Source: an uncultured Solibacteraceae bacterium
GTDB taxonomy: Bacteria > Acidobacteriota > Terriglobia > Bryobacterales > Bryobacteraceae
DNA length: 64,000 bases
NCBI GenBank assembly: GCA_964438005.1
Contig: CAYTJD010000067.1
Coordinates: 8,980-72,979, forward strand
Direction: 5' to 3'
Both the position numbers and the translations under genes were made by a program. The notes beneath the pieces were generated by a model. It was not told where the DNA came from and did not search any database. It saw only the letters and a program-made list of their open reading frames with translations. Below, piece by piece: positions 21,573 to 32,433 of the stretch. Numbering within the stretch: position 1 is the stretch's first letter; the number at the start of each line of letters is the position of its first letter.

Positions 21573-22097
21573 ATGGCCGGCGGAGTGAAAATCCGCGTGA
21601 ACGAGCGGGTCTGGACTGTGAACGCAGCGCCGGACACGCCGCTCCTCTATGTCCTTTCGGACGAACTGCAGTTGAACGGACCACGTTTCGGATGCGGCCT
21701 GGCGCAGTGCGGCTCGTGCTCGGTCCTCATCGATGGCGTGGAGACACGGTCGTGCGTCACTCCGCTTTCCGAGGTCGGGAGCCGGGCTGTCACTACTCTT
21801 GAAGGACTGCCGGCGTGGTACGCGCGCCAGCATAAATTGCCAAAGGCTCCCGCGCTGACGCCGGTGCAGCAGGCTTTCATCGACGAGCAGGCAATTCAGT
21901 GCGGCTACTGCTACAACGGCATGACCGTGAAAGCGTGCGAATTGTTGTCGAAGAATCCGCAGCCAAGTGAGGCTCAGATCCGTTCCGCCATGAACGGCCA
22001 TCTCTGCCGGTGCGGCAGTTACCCGCGCATCGTGAAAGCCATTCAGCGGGCAGCGCAAGCGACTCCGCGCGAGTCCGGGCAAGAGGTGCGTCAATGA
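21573..22097 (+). CDS. [2Fe-2S]-binding small subunit of a molybdenum hydroxylase (IorA/aldehyde oxidoreductase small subunit type)
   Basis: Two Fe-S cluster motifs: GCGLAQCGSCSV and CGYCYNG...CRCGSY. Confidence 0.9.
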   Translation: MAGGVKIRVNERVWTVNAAPDTPLLYVLSDELQLNGPRFGCGLAQCGSCSVLIDGVETRSCVTPLSEVGSRAVTTLEGLPAWYARQHKLPKAPALTPVQQAFIDEQAIQCGYCYNGMTVKACELLSKNPQPSEAQIRSAMNGHLCRCGSYPRIVKAIQRAAQATPRESGQEVRQ

Positions 22098-24340
22098 AAC
22101 CTGCCACGTTTCCCCGGCGCGATCTTCTTAAAGCAGGCGGCGCCCTGTTGATCGGATTTGCCATTCGTGACACGGCTCCCGCGCAAACACCGGAAGGTGT
22201 CGCGCTAGTCACGGGGCCGGACCAGCCCGACCCCAACCGCCTGGATACATGGATCGCCATTCACGCCGACAACACCGCGACCATCTTCATTGGGTTCGTC
22301 GAACTCGGCCAAGGCTGCACCACCGCGCTGCTCCAACTGGCGGCCGAGGAACTGGACCTCGCCATGTCGCAGGTGAAGTCGGTGCGCCTGGAGTCTCACA
22401 CCATGCCCAACCAAGGCGGCACCGTCGCCAGCGCGTCGGTCGCCCGCGGAGGGCCGCGCATTCGTTCCGCCGCGGCCGAGGCGCGCCAGGCGCTAATCAA
22501 GATGGCGTCCCAAAAGCTGGATGTGCCGGTGGACCGGCTCACGGTTTCCCGCGGTGTGGTGTCGGTCGCGGCAGATCCGAGCAAATCCGTCACGTACGGC
22601 CAATTGATCGGCGGCAAGAGGTTCGACCTGCCGTACACCGGAACCGCACCGCACAAGCCGAACAGCGATTACCACTTGGTCGGCCAGCGTGTTCCGCGTC
22701 TCGATATTCCGGACAAGGCCGCCGGCAGGTACGTTCACATGCAGCATGTCCGTGTGCCCGGCATGCTCCACGGACGGGTCGTGCGTCCGCGCGGGCAGGG
22801 CGCATATGCGGATGGCGCCCGCGTTCTGAGCGTGGATGAGGGGTCCATTGCAGGCATCCCCGGCGCCCGCGTGATCCGGAAGCGCGATTTCATCGGCGTG
22901 GTCGCGCCCAGCCAGTGGGACGCCGTGCGCGCCGCGCGCCAATTGAAAGTCACGTGGGATCAACCCGCGGCGCTGCCGGGGACGGCGGGCCTCCACCAGC
23001 AGATGCGCGCCGGTAAGACCACCGACCGGACGGTGCTCGACAACGGCGACGTTGCCGCGGCATTCCGCGCGGCCGCGCACGTGGTCGCGCAAACCTATCG
23101 CGGACCCTATCAGGCGCACGTTCCCTTCGGGCCCAACTGCGCCCTGGCGGATGTGAAGGCGGATTCTGCCGTAGTTCTTTGTTCGACGCAGAACATCTAT
23201 GACACGCGGCGGAAGGTCGCGCAGGTTCTCGGCCTGTCGATCGAGAAGATCGCCGTTCGCTACTACGAGGGTTCGGGCACCTACGGGCGCAGCTGCTACG
23301 ACGATGCCGCACAGGCCGCCGCGGTCTTATCGCAGGCCGCCGGGCAGCCCGTGCGCGTCCAGTTTATGCGCTGGGATGAGCACGGCTGGGACAATTTCGG
23401 ACCGGCGCAGCTGGCCGATATCCGCGTAGGCATCGATGCGGCGGGCAAAATCGTGGCCTACGAATACCACGGCTGGCAGCACAACTGGGGGACCGTCGAG
23501 ACCTCCCAGCAGTTGGCCATGGGAACTCCCGCGGCCGAAAGCCCCGGGCCGGGGTCGCAGGAGGTCAGTAACTTCAACCTCGGCGCGATGTATGCCATTC
23601 CGAATATGCGCCTGGTGAATCATCGCGTCGACGGCGCGCGCTACCTGAAGGGATCGAATCTCCGTTCGCCGCTGGACGTCTCGTTCTCGTTTGCCCAGGA
23701 ACAGACTATAGACGAACTGGCCCATCTGGCGGGTTTGGATCCGTTGGAGTTCCGCCGGCGCAACATCAAGGATGAACGCTGGCTTGGCGTGCTCAATGCC
23801 GTTGCGCAGGCTGCCGGCTGGACTCCGCGAACCGCCGCCGCCCGCTCAGATCGGAGCGGGGCCGCTCGAATACTCAGCGGCCGCGGCATCGCTCTCGGCA
23901 CTCACACGTCGTCGTACGCTGCCGCGGTGGCCGATATTGAAGTCGACCGGGACACCGGCCAGATCGTCGCCCGGCACCTGTATGGCGCTCTCGACGCGGG
24001 ACTGTGCGTGAACCCGGGATGCCTGGAAAACCAGATGAGCGGCATGCTGGTGCAGGCAGCCAGCCGGATGCTCAAGGAAGAGGTGACGTTCAGCAACACC
24101 AACGTCACCAGCCTCGATTGGAACAGTTATCCGATTTTGCGGTTCGAGGAATCTCCCGCAGTCACTACAGTGGTGGTGCAACATATGGACCAGCCGTTGA
24201 GCGGCGGAGGCGAGGAACTGATGGGACCGGCAGCCGCGGCGATCGCCAACGCTTTCTTCGACGCGACGGGAGCGCGTTTGCGCGAATACCCGCTGACTCC
24301 CGCCCGAGTGCTGCCGGCGCTGGCTTCTCCGGCAGCGTAA
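22094..24340 (+). CDS. Molybdopterin-binding large subunit of a molybdenum hydroxylase (IorB / aldehyde oxidase-xanthine dehydrogenase family), Tat signal
   Basis: The ATG overlaps the small-subunit stop (ATGA). Twin-arginine signal MKPATFPRRDLLKAGGALLIGFAI. Aldehyde oxidase/XDH a/b-hammerhead and Mo-cofactor-binding regions (ELGQGCTTAL, GGGEELMGPAAAAIANA). Confidence 0.88.
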   Translation: MKPATFPRRDLLKAGGALLIGFAIRDTAPAQTPEGVALVTGPDQPDPNRLDTWIAIHADNTATIFIGFVELGQGCTTALLQLAAEELDLAMSQVKSVRLESHTMPNQGGTVASASVARGGPRIRSAAAEARQALIKMASQKLDVPVDRLTVSRGVVSVAADPSKSVTYGQLIGGKRFDLPYTGTAPHKPNSDYHLVGQRVPRLDIPDKAAGRYVHMQHVRVPGMLHGRVVRPRGQGAYADGARVLSVDEGSIAGIPGARVIRKRDFIGVVAPSQWDAVRAARQLKVTWDQPAALPGTAGLHQQMRAGKTTDRTVLDNGDVAAAFRAAAHVVAQTYRGPYQAHVPFGPNCALADVKADSAVVLCSTQNIYDTRRKVAQVLGLSIEKIAVRYYEGSGTYGRSCYDDAAQAAAVLSQAAGQPVRVQFMRWDEHGWDNFGPAQLADIRVGIDAAGKIVAYEYHGWQHNWGTVETSQQLAMGTPAAESPGPGSQEVSNFNLGAMYAIPNMRLVNHRVDGARYLKGSNLRSPLDVSFSFAQEQTIDELAHLAGLDPLEFRRRNIKDERWLGVLNAVAQAAGWTPRTAAARSDRSGAARILSGRGIALGTHTSSYAAAVADIEVDRDTGQIVARHLYGALDAGLCVNPGCLENQMSGMLVQAASRMLKEEVTFSNTNVTSLDWNSYPILRFEESPAVTTVVVQHMDQPLSGGGEELMGPAAAAIANAFFDATGARLREYPLTPARVLPALASPAA

Positions 24341-24748
24341 ATCAAGGTTATACTCGGCGCTTGGTAACCGCCTTCTTCGTGCATCTGTCGTTCGATCCCG
24401 GCAGACTCCAATCCTCTACGGTTAGCGTATCCAGGAGTTCAATTACTCAATAATGTCACGGCAGGGTACCGTGGCGCCGCGGGCCCCCAGCTCCTGGGCA
24501 CCGGTACGTTTGCCCTGGTGAATAGTTCCGGGACAAGCTCGCTCACATTGTTTTCCGGAACCGACATGTTTCCGCTAGCTCAGGTCGCCAGTCCTCAAGA
24601 TATGGCCGTGGCAGTTCCGATATCCTGTACCCCATCACGCATCGCCTGCATGCCTCAACGGGCTACCTCCTGACCACCAGCAGCGACACAAACAGCCTGA
24701 TTATCGTCACGCCGCCGCCGGGCATCGCGCCGGATTTCTATCTGGGGA

Positions 24749-25240
24749 ATGCCGCCTCATACTGGACATACGTGCCCGCGAAACGTCGCAGAAGCTCCGC
24801 TCCTCTATGTAGGCCCGACACAAATCAACTTTCAGGTGCCGCCCGGGATCGCCCCGGGTACGCCCGTGGCGGTTTTAGAGAAGCGGGATGGCACGACGCT
24901 GATGGGCTGGCCTCAAATTGTCGCTTCGGCGCCGGGAATTTTCTCGCTCAGCGGCAAAGGATCGGGACCGGGCGCCGTGCTCAACGAAGACAATTCGGTA
25001 AATTCCCCGGACAATCCTGCGCCGCGCGGCAGTGTCATTCAGATTTTCGCGACCGGCGGCGATACCACGCCGCTGCTGCCGCCGGGCCAGGTTCTGTTTA
25101 ACGGCCTGGCGCCAGGCTTGGCCGGCGTATGGCAAGTCAATGCTCGAATTCCCGAAGGCGTCACTCCGGGACCAGCCGTACTTGTGTTTTTGCAGATGGG
25201 CCCGTATCTGACCAATTCGGTGACAATCGCAGTTCAGTGA
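24749..25240 (+). pseudogene. Truncated or decayed TIGR03437-type (Solibacter C-terminal domain) protein fragment
   Basis: The ORF starts inside an Ig-like repeat (PLLYVGPTQINFQVPPGIAPG) and ends with a family-like tail (SAPGIFS...GPGAVLN...FNGLAPGLAGVWQVNARIPEGV...VTIAVQ). There is no signal peptide or N-terminal body. Upstream, 24440-24748 shows only frame-broken pieces. Confidence 0.45.
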
Positions 25241-25247
25241 TGCGAAG

Positions 25248-26951
25248 CTAGCGGAGGACTCGCGCCGCGACGCTGTTCGCGGCGTCAGCCACCGCCACGT
25301 CGCCCGTGGTCTTCCCCTTCCGCTCGACGAGTTCGACCAACCCGCTTCCGAGTTTTTTGCCCACCGTAATGCGGAACGGCACACCGATCAAGTCGGCATC
25401 TTTGAATTTGACGCCAGGACGCTCATCGCGGTCGTCGAGCAGGGCGTCCAGACCGAGCGTGAGACAGCTTTCGTAGATCTGGCGCGCGGCGGACATCTGC
25501 GCCTCGTCGGAGTTGTTGGCCGGGGTGACGACTACATCGAAGGGCGCGATAGCGGGCGGCAGCATCATCCCGTCCTTGTCGTGGTACAGTTCGATGGCCG
25601 CGCTCAGAATGCGCTCGATGCCGATGCCGTACGACCCCATGATCGGCGTCACTTCCTTGCCGTCGGCGTTGAGCACGCGCAGGCGCATCGAATCGGAATA
25701 TTTGTAGCCGAGCTTGAAAATATGGCCGATCTCGATGGTCTTGTGCACCGCGAGGGTGGCGCCGCAGCGCACGCAGGAATCGCCGGGGGCCACCTGGCGC
25801 AGATCGTGCAGCTCGGCTTCGAAGTCCTCGCCCAGGGTTACGTGGCGCAGGTGGTAGTCGTTCTTGTTGGCGCCCGCGATCATGTTGCGCCGGCCTTCCA
25901 GCGCCTGGTCGGCCAGGATCTGCATGTTGGTTACGCCGATCGGACCGAGCGACCCGGCGTCGGCGCCGAACCAGACGCGGATCTCTTCCGGATGTGCCTG
26001 GCGGAATTCCATATCGCCGGCGACGGCTCCAAACTTGGTCTCGCTGAGCTGATGGTCGCCGCGGAGCATTACCAGCACCGGTTTGCCATCCGCCACCAGA
26101 ACCAGGCTCTTCATCTGCGACGTTTCCGGGAGACGGGTGAACGCGGCGACTTCCGCAATGGTTTTTCGTTCGGGAGTGTGAAAAGGCTCGGGCTGCAGAT
26201 CGCCGTCGGGATCGGCGGCCGCGGGGGCCGCCGGCTTGGACACGGCCTTTTCAAGGTTCGCCGAATAACCGCATCCGGCACACGTGACGACAAAATCTTC
26301 GCCCGCATCCGAGGCCACCATGAATTCATGCGATTGGCTGCCACCCATCGCGCCCGAGTGCGCTTCCACCGCCGTATACTTCAGCCCACACAAGTCGAAG
26401 ATCCGGCAGTACGCCTTGTAGTGCTTGTCGTAAGCGGCGTCGAGCCCCGCCTGGTCCATGTCGAACGAGTACGAGTCCTTCATGAGGAACTGCCGGACGC
26501 GCAGCAGGCCCGATTTCGGCCGCGGCTCGTCGCGGAACTTGGTCTGGATCTGATACCAGATCTGCGGCAGTTGCTTGTAGCTGCGCAATTCGCCGCGCGC
26601 CACCGTCGTCATGACTTCCTCGTGCGTCATACCCAGGCACAGGTCGCGCTGGAATCGGTCTTTCAGCCGGAACATGTTGTCGCCCATGATGTCCCAGCGG
26701 CCTGACTCCTGCCACACTTCGGCCGGATGCAACGCCGGGAGAAACATCTCCTGGGCGCCGATGGCGTCCATTTGCTCCCGCACGATTCGCTGGATCTTGA
26801 GTAGCGACCGCTGCGCCAAATACAGGTAACTATAAATTCCCGCGGAGAGCTGGCGAATGTAGCCCGCGCGCAGCAGCAGCTGATGGCTGATCACCTCGGC
26901 CTCAGCGGGGTTCTCGCGCAGGGTGGGGATGAATAACTTGCTCCAGAGCAT
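25248..26951 (-). CDS. proS: Prolyl-tRNA synthetase (bacterial type with editing insertion)
   Basis: [13 protein letters not shown]...[13 protein letters not shown] and class II motifs ([35 protein letters not shown]). Confidence 0.95.
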   Translation of the reverse strand: MLWSKLFIPTLRENPAEAEVISHQLLLRAGYIRQLSAGIYSYLYLAQRSLLKIQRIVREQMDAIGAQEMFLPALHPAEVWQESGRWDIMGDNMFRLKDRFQRDLCLGMTHEEVMTTVARGELRSYKQLPQIWYQIQTKFRDEPRPKSGLLRVRQFLMKDSYSFDMDQAGLDAAYDKHYKAYCRIFDLCGLKYTAVEAHSGAMGGSQSHEFMVASDAGEDFVVTCAGCGYSANLEKAVSKPAAPAAADPDGDLQPEPFHTPERKTIAEVAAFTRLPETSQMKSLVLVADGKPVLVMLRGDHQLSETKFGAVAGDMEFRQAHPEEIRVWFGADAGSLGPIGVTNMQILADQALEGRRNMIAGANKNDYHLRHVTLGEDFEAELHDLRQVAPGDSCVRCGATLAVHKTIEIGHIFKLGYKYSDSMRLRVLNADGKEVTPIMGSYGIGIERILSAAIELYHDKDGMMLPPAIAPFDVVVTPANNSDEAQMSAARQIYESCLTLGLDALLDDRDERPGVKFKDADLIGVPFRITVGKKLGSGLVELVERKGKTTGDVAVADAANSVAARVLR

Positions 26952-27010
26952 GGGTTTCTGTTGTTCGGGGAAATGCCAATTCTAGCATGCTAATATTGAG
27001 TTGCTTCGCT

Positions 27011-27454
27011 ATGAGAATCGCGCTGGGAGCGGATCACGGTGGGTTCGAATTGAAAGAGAGACTGGGCGCGCGTCTTGCCGCTCTGGGCCACGAAATCGTG
27101 GACTTCGGCACGACGTCGACCGAGTCCTGCGACTATCCGGATTTCGCGCACGCGGTGGGAGAAGCCGTGGCGGAAAAGCGGGCCGAACGCGGTTTGCTGA
27201 TCTGCACCACCGGCATCGGGATGGCTATGGCGGCCAACAAGATCGCCGGCGTTCGCGCCGCGCCCGCCCAATCGGAGGATGAGGTGCGGATGACGCGCGA
27301 GCATAACGACGCCAACGTATTGACCGTCGGCGCCAAGTATGTCGACGAGGGCCGCGCGATGGGGTTGATTCGGATTTTTCTCGAGACTCCATTTTCCGGC
27401 GGCGCGCGTCATGCCCGCCGGGTCGCCAAAATCGCCCAACTGGAGCACGTATGA
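27011..27454 (+). CDS. rpiB: Ribose-5-phosphate isomerase B
   Basis: [16 protein letters not shown]..., [35 protein letters not shown] use the ATG at 27011 rather than the ORF-track start at 26987. Confidence 0.9.
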   Translation: MRIALGADHGGFELKERLGARLAALGHEIVDFGTTSTESCDYPDFAHAVGEAVAEKRAERGLLICTTGIGMAMAANKIAGVRAAPAQSEDEVRMTREHNDANVLTVGAKYVDEGRAMGLIRIFLETPFSGGARHARRVAKIAQLEHV

Positions 27455-28731
27455 CCGAAGCCGAAAGAATGGCTCGGCCACTGGCCGCGGTTGACCCAGA
27501 AATCGACGAAGCCATCCGGCGCGAAATCGAACGCCAGCACTCGAACCTGGAACTGATTGCCAGCGAAAACTTCACTTCGCAGGCGGTGCTGGATGCCACC
27601 AGCAGCGTTTTCACCAACAAGTACGCGGAGGGCTATCCGGGCAAGCGGTATTACGGTGGCTGCGAGTTCGCCGACATCGTCGAAGACCTGGCGCGCGAAC
27701 GGGCCAAGAAACTCTTCGGCGCCGAACACGCCAACGTGCAGCCGCACTCCGGTTCTCAGGCCAACGAGGCCGCCTATTTTTCGGTGTGCTCGCACGGGGA
27801 CACCATCATGGGGCTGAACCTCGCCCATGGAGGGCACCTCACGCACGGGCATCCGCTCAATTTTTCCGGCAAGACCTTTCATGTGGTGCCGTACAATGTC
27901 CGCCGCGAGGATGAGCGCATCGATTTCGATGAAGTTGAGCGACTGGCTCGCGAACATCGGCCCAAGATGATCGTCGCGGGGGGGAGCGCCTATCCGCGCA
28001 CCCTCGATTTCCCACGCTTCCGGCAAATTGCCGATTCGGTGGGCGCGGTGCTCCTGGTGGACATGGCTCACATCTCGGGGCTGGTGGCAGCCGGCCTGCA
28101 TCCGAATCCGTGCGAGTACGCCGATATCGTGACCTCAACCACTCATAAAACGCTGCGCGGTCCGCGCTCCGGGCTGATTTTGTGCAAGCGGCAGTACGCC
28201 GCCGCCGTGGACAAGGTCGTGTTTCCCGGGACCCAGGGCGGCCCGCTCGTGCACGTGATCGCGGCCAAAGCCGTCTGTTTCCGGGAAGCGATGACGCCGG
28301 AGTTCGTCACTTATCAGAAACAGGTGCTGGCCAACGCACGGACTCTGGCAAGCACGCTGGCCGAGGCCGGCTACCGCGTGGTATCGGGAGGCACCGATAC
28401 CCATTTGATGTTGATTGACGTGTTTTCCAAGGGGGTGCGCGGCCGGGACGCCGAAAAGGCGCTGGATCGGGCCGCGATTACGGTCAATAAGAATGCCATC
28501 CCCTTCGACGTGAACCCGCCGTTGAATCCCAGCGGCATTCGGCTAGGTTCCCCGGCCGTGACGACCAGGGGTTTCCGCGAGGTTGAGATGCGCGAGGTGG
28601 GCGCGCTGATCGCCGAGACCCTCGAAGATGTCTCCAGCGAGAGTGTGATCGCCGCGGTGCGCCAGAGAGTTGCCGCGCTCACCGCTCGTTTCCCGTTGTA
28701 TCAATGGAAGCTTGACCCGGTGCGGGCGTAG
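27451..28731 (+). CDS. glyA: Serine hydroxymethyltransferase
   Basis: The ATG overlaps the rpiB stop (ATGA). [24 protein letters not shown]-lysine motif [10 protein letters not shown], and [12 protein letters not shown]. Confidence 0.95.
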   Translation: MTEAERMARPLAAVDPEIDEAIRREIERQHSNLELIASENFTSQAVLDATSSVFTNKYAEGYPGKRYYGGCEFADIVEDLARERAKKLFGAEHANVQPHSGSQANEAAYFSVCSHGDTIMGLNLAHGGHLTHGHPLNFSGKTFHVVPYNVRREDERIDFDEVERLAREHRPKMIVAGGSAYPRTLDFPRFRQIADSVGAVLLVDMAHISGLVAAGLHPNPCEYADIVTSTTHKTLRGPRSGLILCKRQYAAAVDKVVFPGTQGGPLVHVIAAKAVCFREAMTPEFVTYQKQVLANARTLASTLAEAGYRVVSGGTDTHLMLIDVFSKGVRGRDAEKALDRAAITVNKNAIPFDVNPPLNPSGIRLGSPAVTTRGFREVEMREVGALIAETLEDVSSESVIAAVRQRVAALTARFPLYQWKLDPVRA

Positions 28732-28805
28732 GAGTTTCGCGCTCCGTCATACTCACGGAACCCGGCAGCGGGCACGCCGTAAGGGAGCGGCGGTGTTGCA
28801 ATGCC

Positions 28806-29951
28806 ATGAGCAGTCACATCGTCATCGACGCCCGGCGCAGCCAGGATTTCGGCATCGGCACTTACATTCGGAGCCTGATTCGCGCACTCGGCACCGTGGA
28901 CCATCACAACCACTACACCCTGATCGTCGGCGCCGAAGAAACGCGCGTGGCGGCGAACCTGCCCGACAATTTCAAAACCGCCCTGTACGTACGCACCGAT
29001 CTCGATCGATTCGACAATATTGCGTTTCCGATTTTCCTGCGCAACCTCAAGCCCGACCTCGTGCACATCCCCCTCAATCGCGTGCCTCTGGCCATGATCC
29101 GGCCGTACGTCGTGACCGTGCATGATATGTCCAGCCTCCTGTTCGAGGACCAGGGCTCGGATTTGTCGATGCGCTTTCGCCGTTACCGCTACCGGCGCGG
29201 CCTCATGCGCGCCAACGAAGTCATCGCCGTCTCGGAAACCACCAAGCGCGATATCCAGAGTCTCATCGGCATTCCGCCGGCTCACATCCATCGTGTGTAT
29301 AACGGCCTCGATCCGGCTTTTTTCGCCCACGGAAACGGCTCCGATGAGCAGGAAAAACGTCGAATCCTCGAGCGCTACCAGATCCAGTATCCCTTCTTGC
29401 TCTATGCCGGCAACATCCGCCCTCACAAGAATGTTCCGCGCCTGGTCGAGGCTTTCGCCGTGGTTCGCGATCAGCTTTCGGCGCACCCCCTGTATAAGGA
29501 CTTGCGGCTGATCATTATTGGAGACACCATTTCCCAATACCCCGCGGTGCGGCAGGCCGTAATGAAAAGCCGGGTCGAAAACGTCGTGCGGTTCCTCGGT
29601 TTCGTCCCTTTCGAAACGCTGCGCTACTTTTACGAAGCTGCCGCCGCGTTCGTGTTTGTCTCCCGTTACGAGGGCTTCGGACTGCCCCCGCTGGAAGCGA
29701 TGGCCTGCGGAACTCCCGTCGTCGCGTCCAATGTCAGCTCACTCCCCGAGGTTCTGGGCGATGCGGCCGTGCAAGTCAATCCGACCAACGTCTTTGAGAT
29801 CGCGCGCGGCATCACCGAAGTTCTGCTAGACGACAGCCTGCGCGCCGCTCTGGTGAAGTGCGGCCACGAGCAGGCATCGCGATTCAGCTGGGAGCGCGCC
29901 GCGCACGAAGTTCTAGCCATCTACCACGACGCCTGCGGCGACGTGGATTAA
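28806..29951 (+). CDS. Glycosyltransferase, GT4 family (GT-B fold)
   Basis: C-terminal EX7E-type region (SRYEGFGLPPLEAMACGTPVVASNVSSLPEV) and a typical GT4 N-domain. Confidence 0.85.
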   Translation: MSSHIVIDARRSQDFGIGTYIRSLIRALGTVDHHNHYTLIVGAEETRVAANLPDNFKTALYVRTDLDRFDNIAFPIFLRNLKPDLVHIPLNRVPLAMIRPYVVTVHDMSSLLFEDQGSDLSMRFRRYRYRRGLMRANEVIAVSETTKRDIQSLIGIPPAHIHRVYNGLDPAFFAHGNGSDEQEKRRILERYQIQYPFLLYAGNIRPHKNVPRLVEAFAVVRDQLSAHPLYKDLRLIIIGDTISQYPAVRQAVMKSRVENVVRFLGFVPFETLRYFYEAAAAFVFVSRYEGFGLPPLEAMACGTPVVASNVSSLPEVLGDAAVQVNPTNVFEIARGITEVLLDDSLRAALVKCGHEQASRFSWERAAHEVLAIYHDACGDVD

Positions 29952-30133
29952 ACCCACAAACCCGGGCGTCCGGCGGTTTTTCCAGATGCAACCGATTGGC
30001 TGCGTTGTGCATCTGATAAACTGAGACAGTCCTCTCTAAGGTCCGTAGCGGGCCAATCCAAATTGAGTTGCGGAGGTGGAGGCGGTTGGAATATGATCCC
30101 CGCGTCTGACTCGGATTGAGATTCTCGACTTAA

Positions 30134-31615
30134 ATGGAACAATTTGAAGAACATATAAGCGATGATGGACGGGAGCTCGTGGATTCGGAATTTCACGAGC
30201 AGGTTGAGGCCGGTGCCCACTTCGAGGAGCACCATGAAGAGAATGCGTGGACCGATGACCCGGTCCGCGTGTATCTGCGAGAAATGGGCTCGGTTTCGTT
30301 GCTAAGCCGCCAGGGCGAGATCCATCTGGCGCAGCGCATGGAACGTGGCAAGTACCTGATTCGCAAGGCGCTTTCCCGGTCCCCCCTAGTCTGGAGGCGC
30401 GTCCTCGCGCTGCAAGATGACCTGCGACAGGGCGCCGTACAAATGGAGGATTTTTTCGATCTGGGCAGCCCCGACGAAGACGCCCGCGAAGAAGCCCGTC
30501 GCGAGGTCACGCGCCGGCTCAGCCGGTTCGCTCGCGCACATAAGAGTCTTCTGGAGATGGAAGCCGAAATCCCTGCGACGCCTGCGCGTTATGTCAACCT
30601 CCGGGCCCGGCTGATTGCGAAACTGCCGCGACTGCGGGTGAAATGCTCCCAGGAATTACGCGCCATTCGATTCAATTCCGATCAGTGGAAGCAATTTCTT
30701 GGCGATTTGGAACACGCTGCCGAGGAAATCAGCACACTCGAGCAGGCCTTGCGCAAGCCGCGGATGAATCCTGCAGAAACCCGGCAACTGAAGAAGCAGA
30801 TTCTCGAATTGGAAAAGAGCGCCGGCGCGCGCGTCTCGCAGATGCGGCACTGGCTCAAAACCGCCCGTCGCGGCCAAGTCGAAGCCACGACCGCCAAATC
30901 CGCGCTGGTGGAAGCCAACCTGCGTCTGGTTGTCTCCGTCGCCAAAAAGTACGTCAATCGCGGCCTTCATTTACTCGATCTGATTCAGGAAGGCAACATC
31001 GGCTTGATGCGGGCAGCCGACAAGTTCAATTACCACCTGGGCTACAAGTTCTCGACTTACGCCACCTGGTGGATCCGGCAAGCGGTCACGCGCTCCATCG
31101 CGGATCAGTCGCGCACCATCCGGATTCCCGTCCACATGAACGAGACCTTGACCAAATACCTGCGTGCTTCGCGCGAACTGGAAAAGGAACTCGGCCATGC
31201 TCCGAAAAATGAGGAGATTGCACAGCGGTTGGGAACCAGCGCCGAGCGTATCCAGGAACTCCGTACAATATCGCGCGACCCGGTGTCACTCGATCTGCCG
31301 GTCGGCAAAGACGGAGAGTCGGTTCTCGGAGACCTGATTGAAGGCCAGTCGGCCGGGTCGTTCCTCAGCGCGTTGATGGACCGCGACCTCCGCGACGAAG
31401 CTGCCCTTGTGCTGCGAACCTTGTCTCCCAGCGAGGAGAAGGTCTTGCGAATGCGCTTTGGGATCGGCTATGAGCGCGAGCATACGCTTCAGGAAATCGC
31501 CGAGGTTTTCGGCCTCACGCGCGAGCGCATCCGCCAGATCGAATCCAAAGGCTTGCAGTTGTTGCGTGGCACCGACCGGGCGCGACGCCTGCTCCCCTTG
31601 CTGGCAGTGCAGTAA
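30134..31615 (+). CDS. rpoD: Primary RNA polymerase sigma factor (sigma-70, RpoD)
   Basis: Acidic N-terminus. Region 1.2 [11 protein letters not shown], region 2 ([28 protein letters not shown]), region 3, and region 4.2 [20 protein letters not shown]. Confidence 0.93.
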   Translation: MEQFEEHISDDGRELVDSEFHEQVEAGAHFEEHHEENAWTDDPVRVYLREMGSVSLLSRQGEIHLAQRMERGKYLIRKALSRSPLVWRRVLALQDDLRQGAVQMEDFFDLGSPDEDAREEARREVTRRLSRFARAHKSLLEMEAEIPATPARYVNLRARLIAKLPRLRVKCSQELRAIRFNSDQWKQFLGDLEHAAEEISTLEQALRKPRMNPAETRQLKKQILELEKSAGARVSQMRHWLKTARRGQVEATTAKSALVEANLRLVVSVAKKYVNRGLHLLDLIQEGNIGLMRAADKFNYHLGYKFSTYATWWIRQAVTRSIADQSRTIRIPVHMNETLTKYLRASRELEKELGHAPKNEEIAQRLGTSAERIQELRTISRDPVSLDLPVGKDGESVLGDLIEGQSAGSFLSALMDRDLRDEAALVLRTLSPSEEKVLRMRFGIGYEREHTLQEIAEVFGLTRERIRQIESKGLQLLRGTDRARRLLPLLAVQ

Positions 31616-31896
31616 CGCCCGTGGCGTTGCCACCGGCCATGCATCAGAACCCTCCCGGCCTCCACGGTTTACGGAGGATCGCGGGCTGGCAGTACCACTC
31701 TGGCGGGGTTGGTGGCGAGGCTGGTGATTGCCGGTACTAACCCGCCCACAATACCGCTATCTCCCTGAAGTCAGCCTTTCCCCCGACGCTTGGAAAAGCG
31801 TTTCCCGCTATTCTGATTGAGGCTGGCAGTTCATTGCAGCGCCGACAGTCAGGGCTCACTGATTCGGAGTCCGCTAGCTCCTGCCAGCCGCTTTCT

Positions 31897-32433
31897 TCAA
31901 GCGTGCGCGTCTCCCTCAAAAATACCGGCATCACGGTTTTTGCGCACGCGGTTCGCGGGAAAGCAGCGGCCATTCATCGCGATGTACACGCCGGGCGGTA
32001 GCGTCTGCACGAATGCCAAGGCGCTGCCAAGGTTGAATAGCCCGTCGGAACTGCCGAACTTGTAAGGCACCATCGCGCCGGTCAGAATCACGATTTTGCC
32101 TGGCAGCGCAGTAGCCAGCGTCCGCGCTGTGATCTCCATCGTGTCGGTGCCGTGCGTGATGACGATGCGCTGTTCGCGCGCCCGGCGGCACGCCTCCACG
32201 ATGCGGGTCCGGTGCGCGTCGGACATTTCGAGGCTGTCGATCATCATCAGCGTTTGAATCGTCACTTCGAGCTTGGAACGCCCGAGCGCCAGCATTTCGG
32301 CAACGTGCGACTGCTTGAAGAAAAGCTCCCCGCGAATCTCGTTGTACTCTTTATCGAACGTTCCGCCCGTCACCAGAATCCGGATGCGGCGGGAGGCGGG
32401 CTTCCCTTTTGCCAGACTGGCCCGGTGCGGCAC
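31897..32433 (-). CDS. Single-domain asparaginase-family protein (N-terminal catalytic domain only)
   Basis: GTG start that overlaps the SDR stop by 1 nt. Catalytic-Thr motifs ILVTGGTFDKEY and THGTDTM. At 178 aa it is about half the length of a type I asparaginase. Confidence 0.7.
   Translation of the reverse strand: MPHRASLAKGKPASRRIRILVTGGTFDKEYNEIRGELFFKQSHVAEMLALGRSKLEVTIQTLMMIDSLEMSDAHRTRIVEACRRAREQRIVITHGTDTMEITARTLATALPGKIVILTGAMVPYKFGSSDGLFNLGSALAFVQTLPPGVYIAMNGRCFPANRVRKNRDAGIFEGDAHA

Noticed and set aside
27035-27055. tRNA T-arm-like string gggttcgaattg
   Set aside because: It lies inside rpiB, encoding GGFELKE. No acceptor, D-arm or anticodon arm can be built around it. I found no convincing tRNA anywhere in the window.
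31616-31896. 281-nt non-coding gap after rpoD, examined for a tRNA or small RNA
   Set aside because: It contains only short, weak hairpins (cctcc/ggagg; acgctt-ggaa-aagcgt) and a repeated gctggcagt string. I recognised no tRNA cloverleaf, T-loop or known RNA motif.
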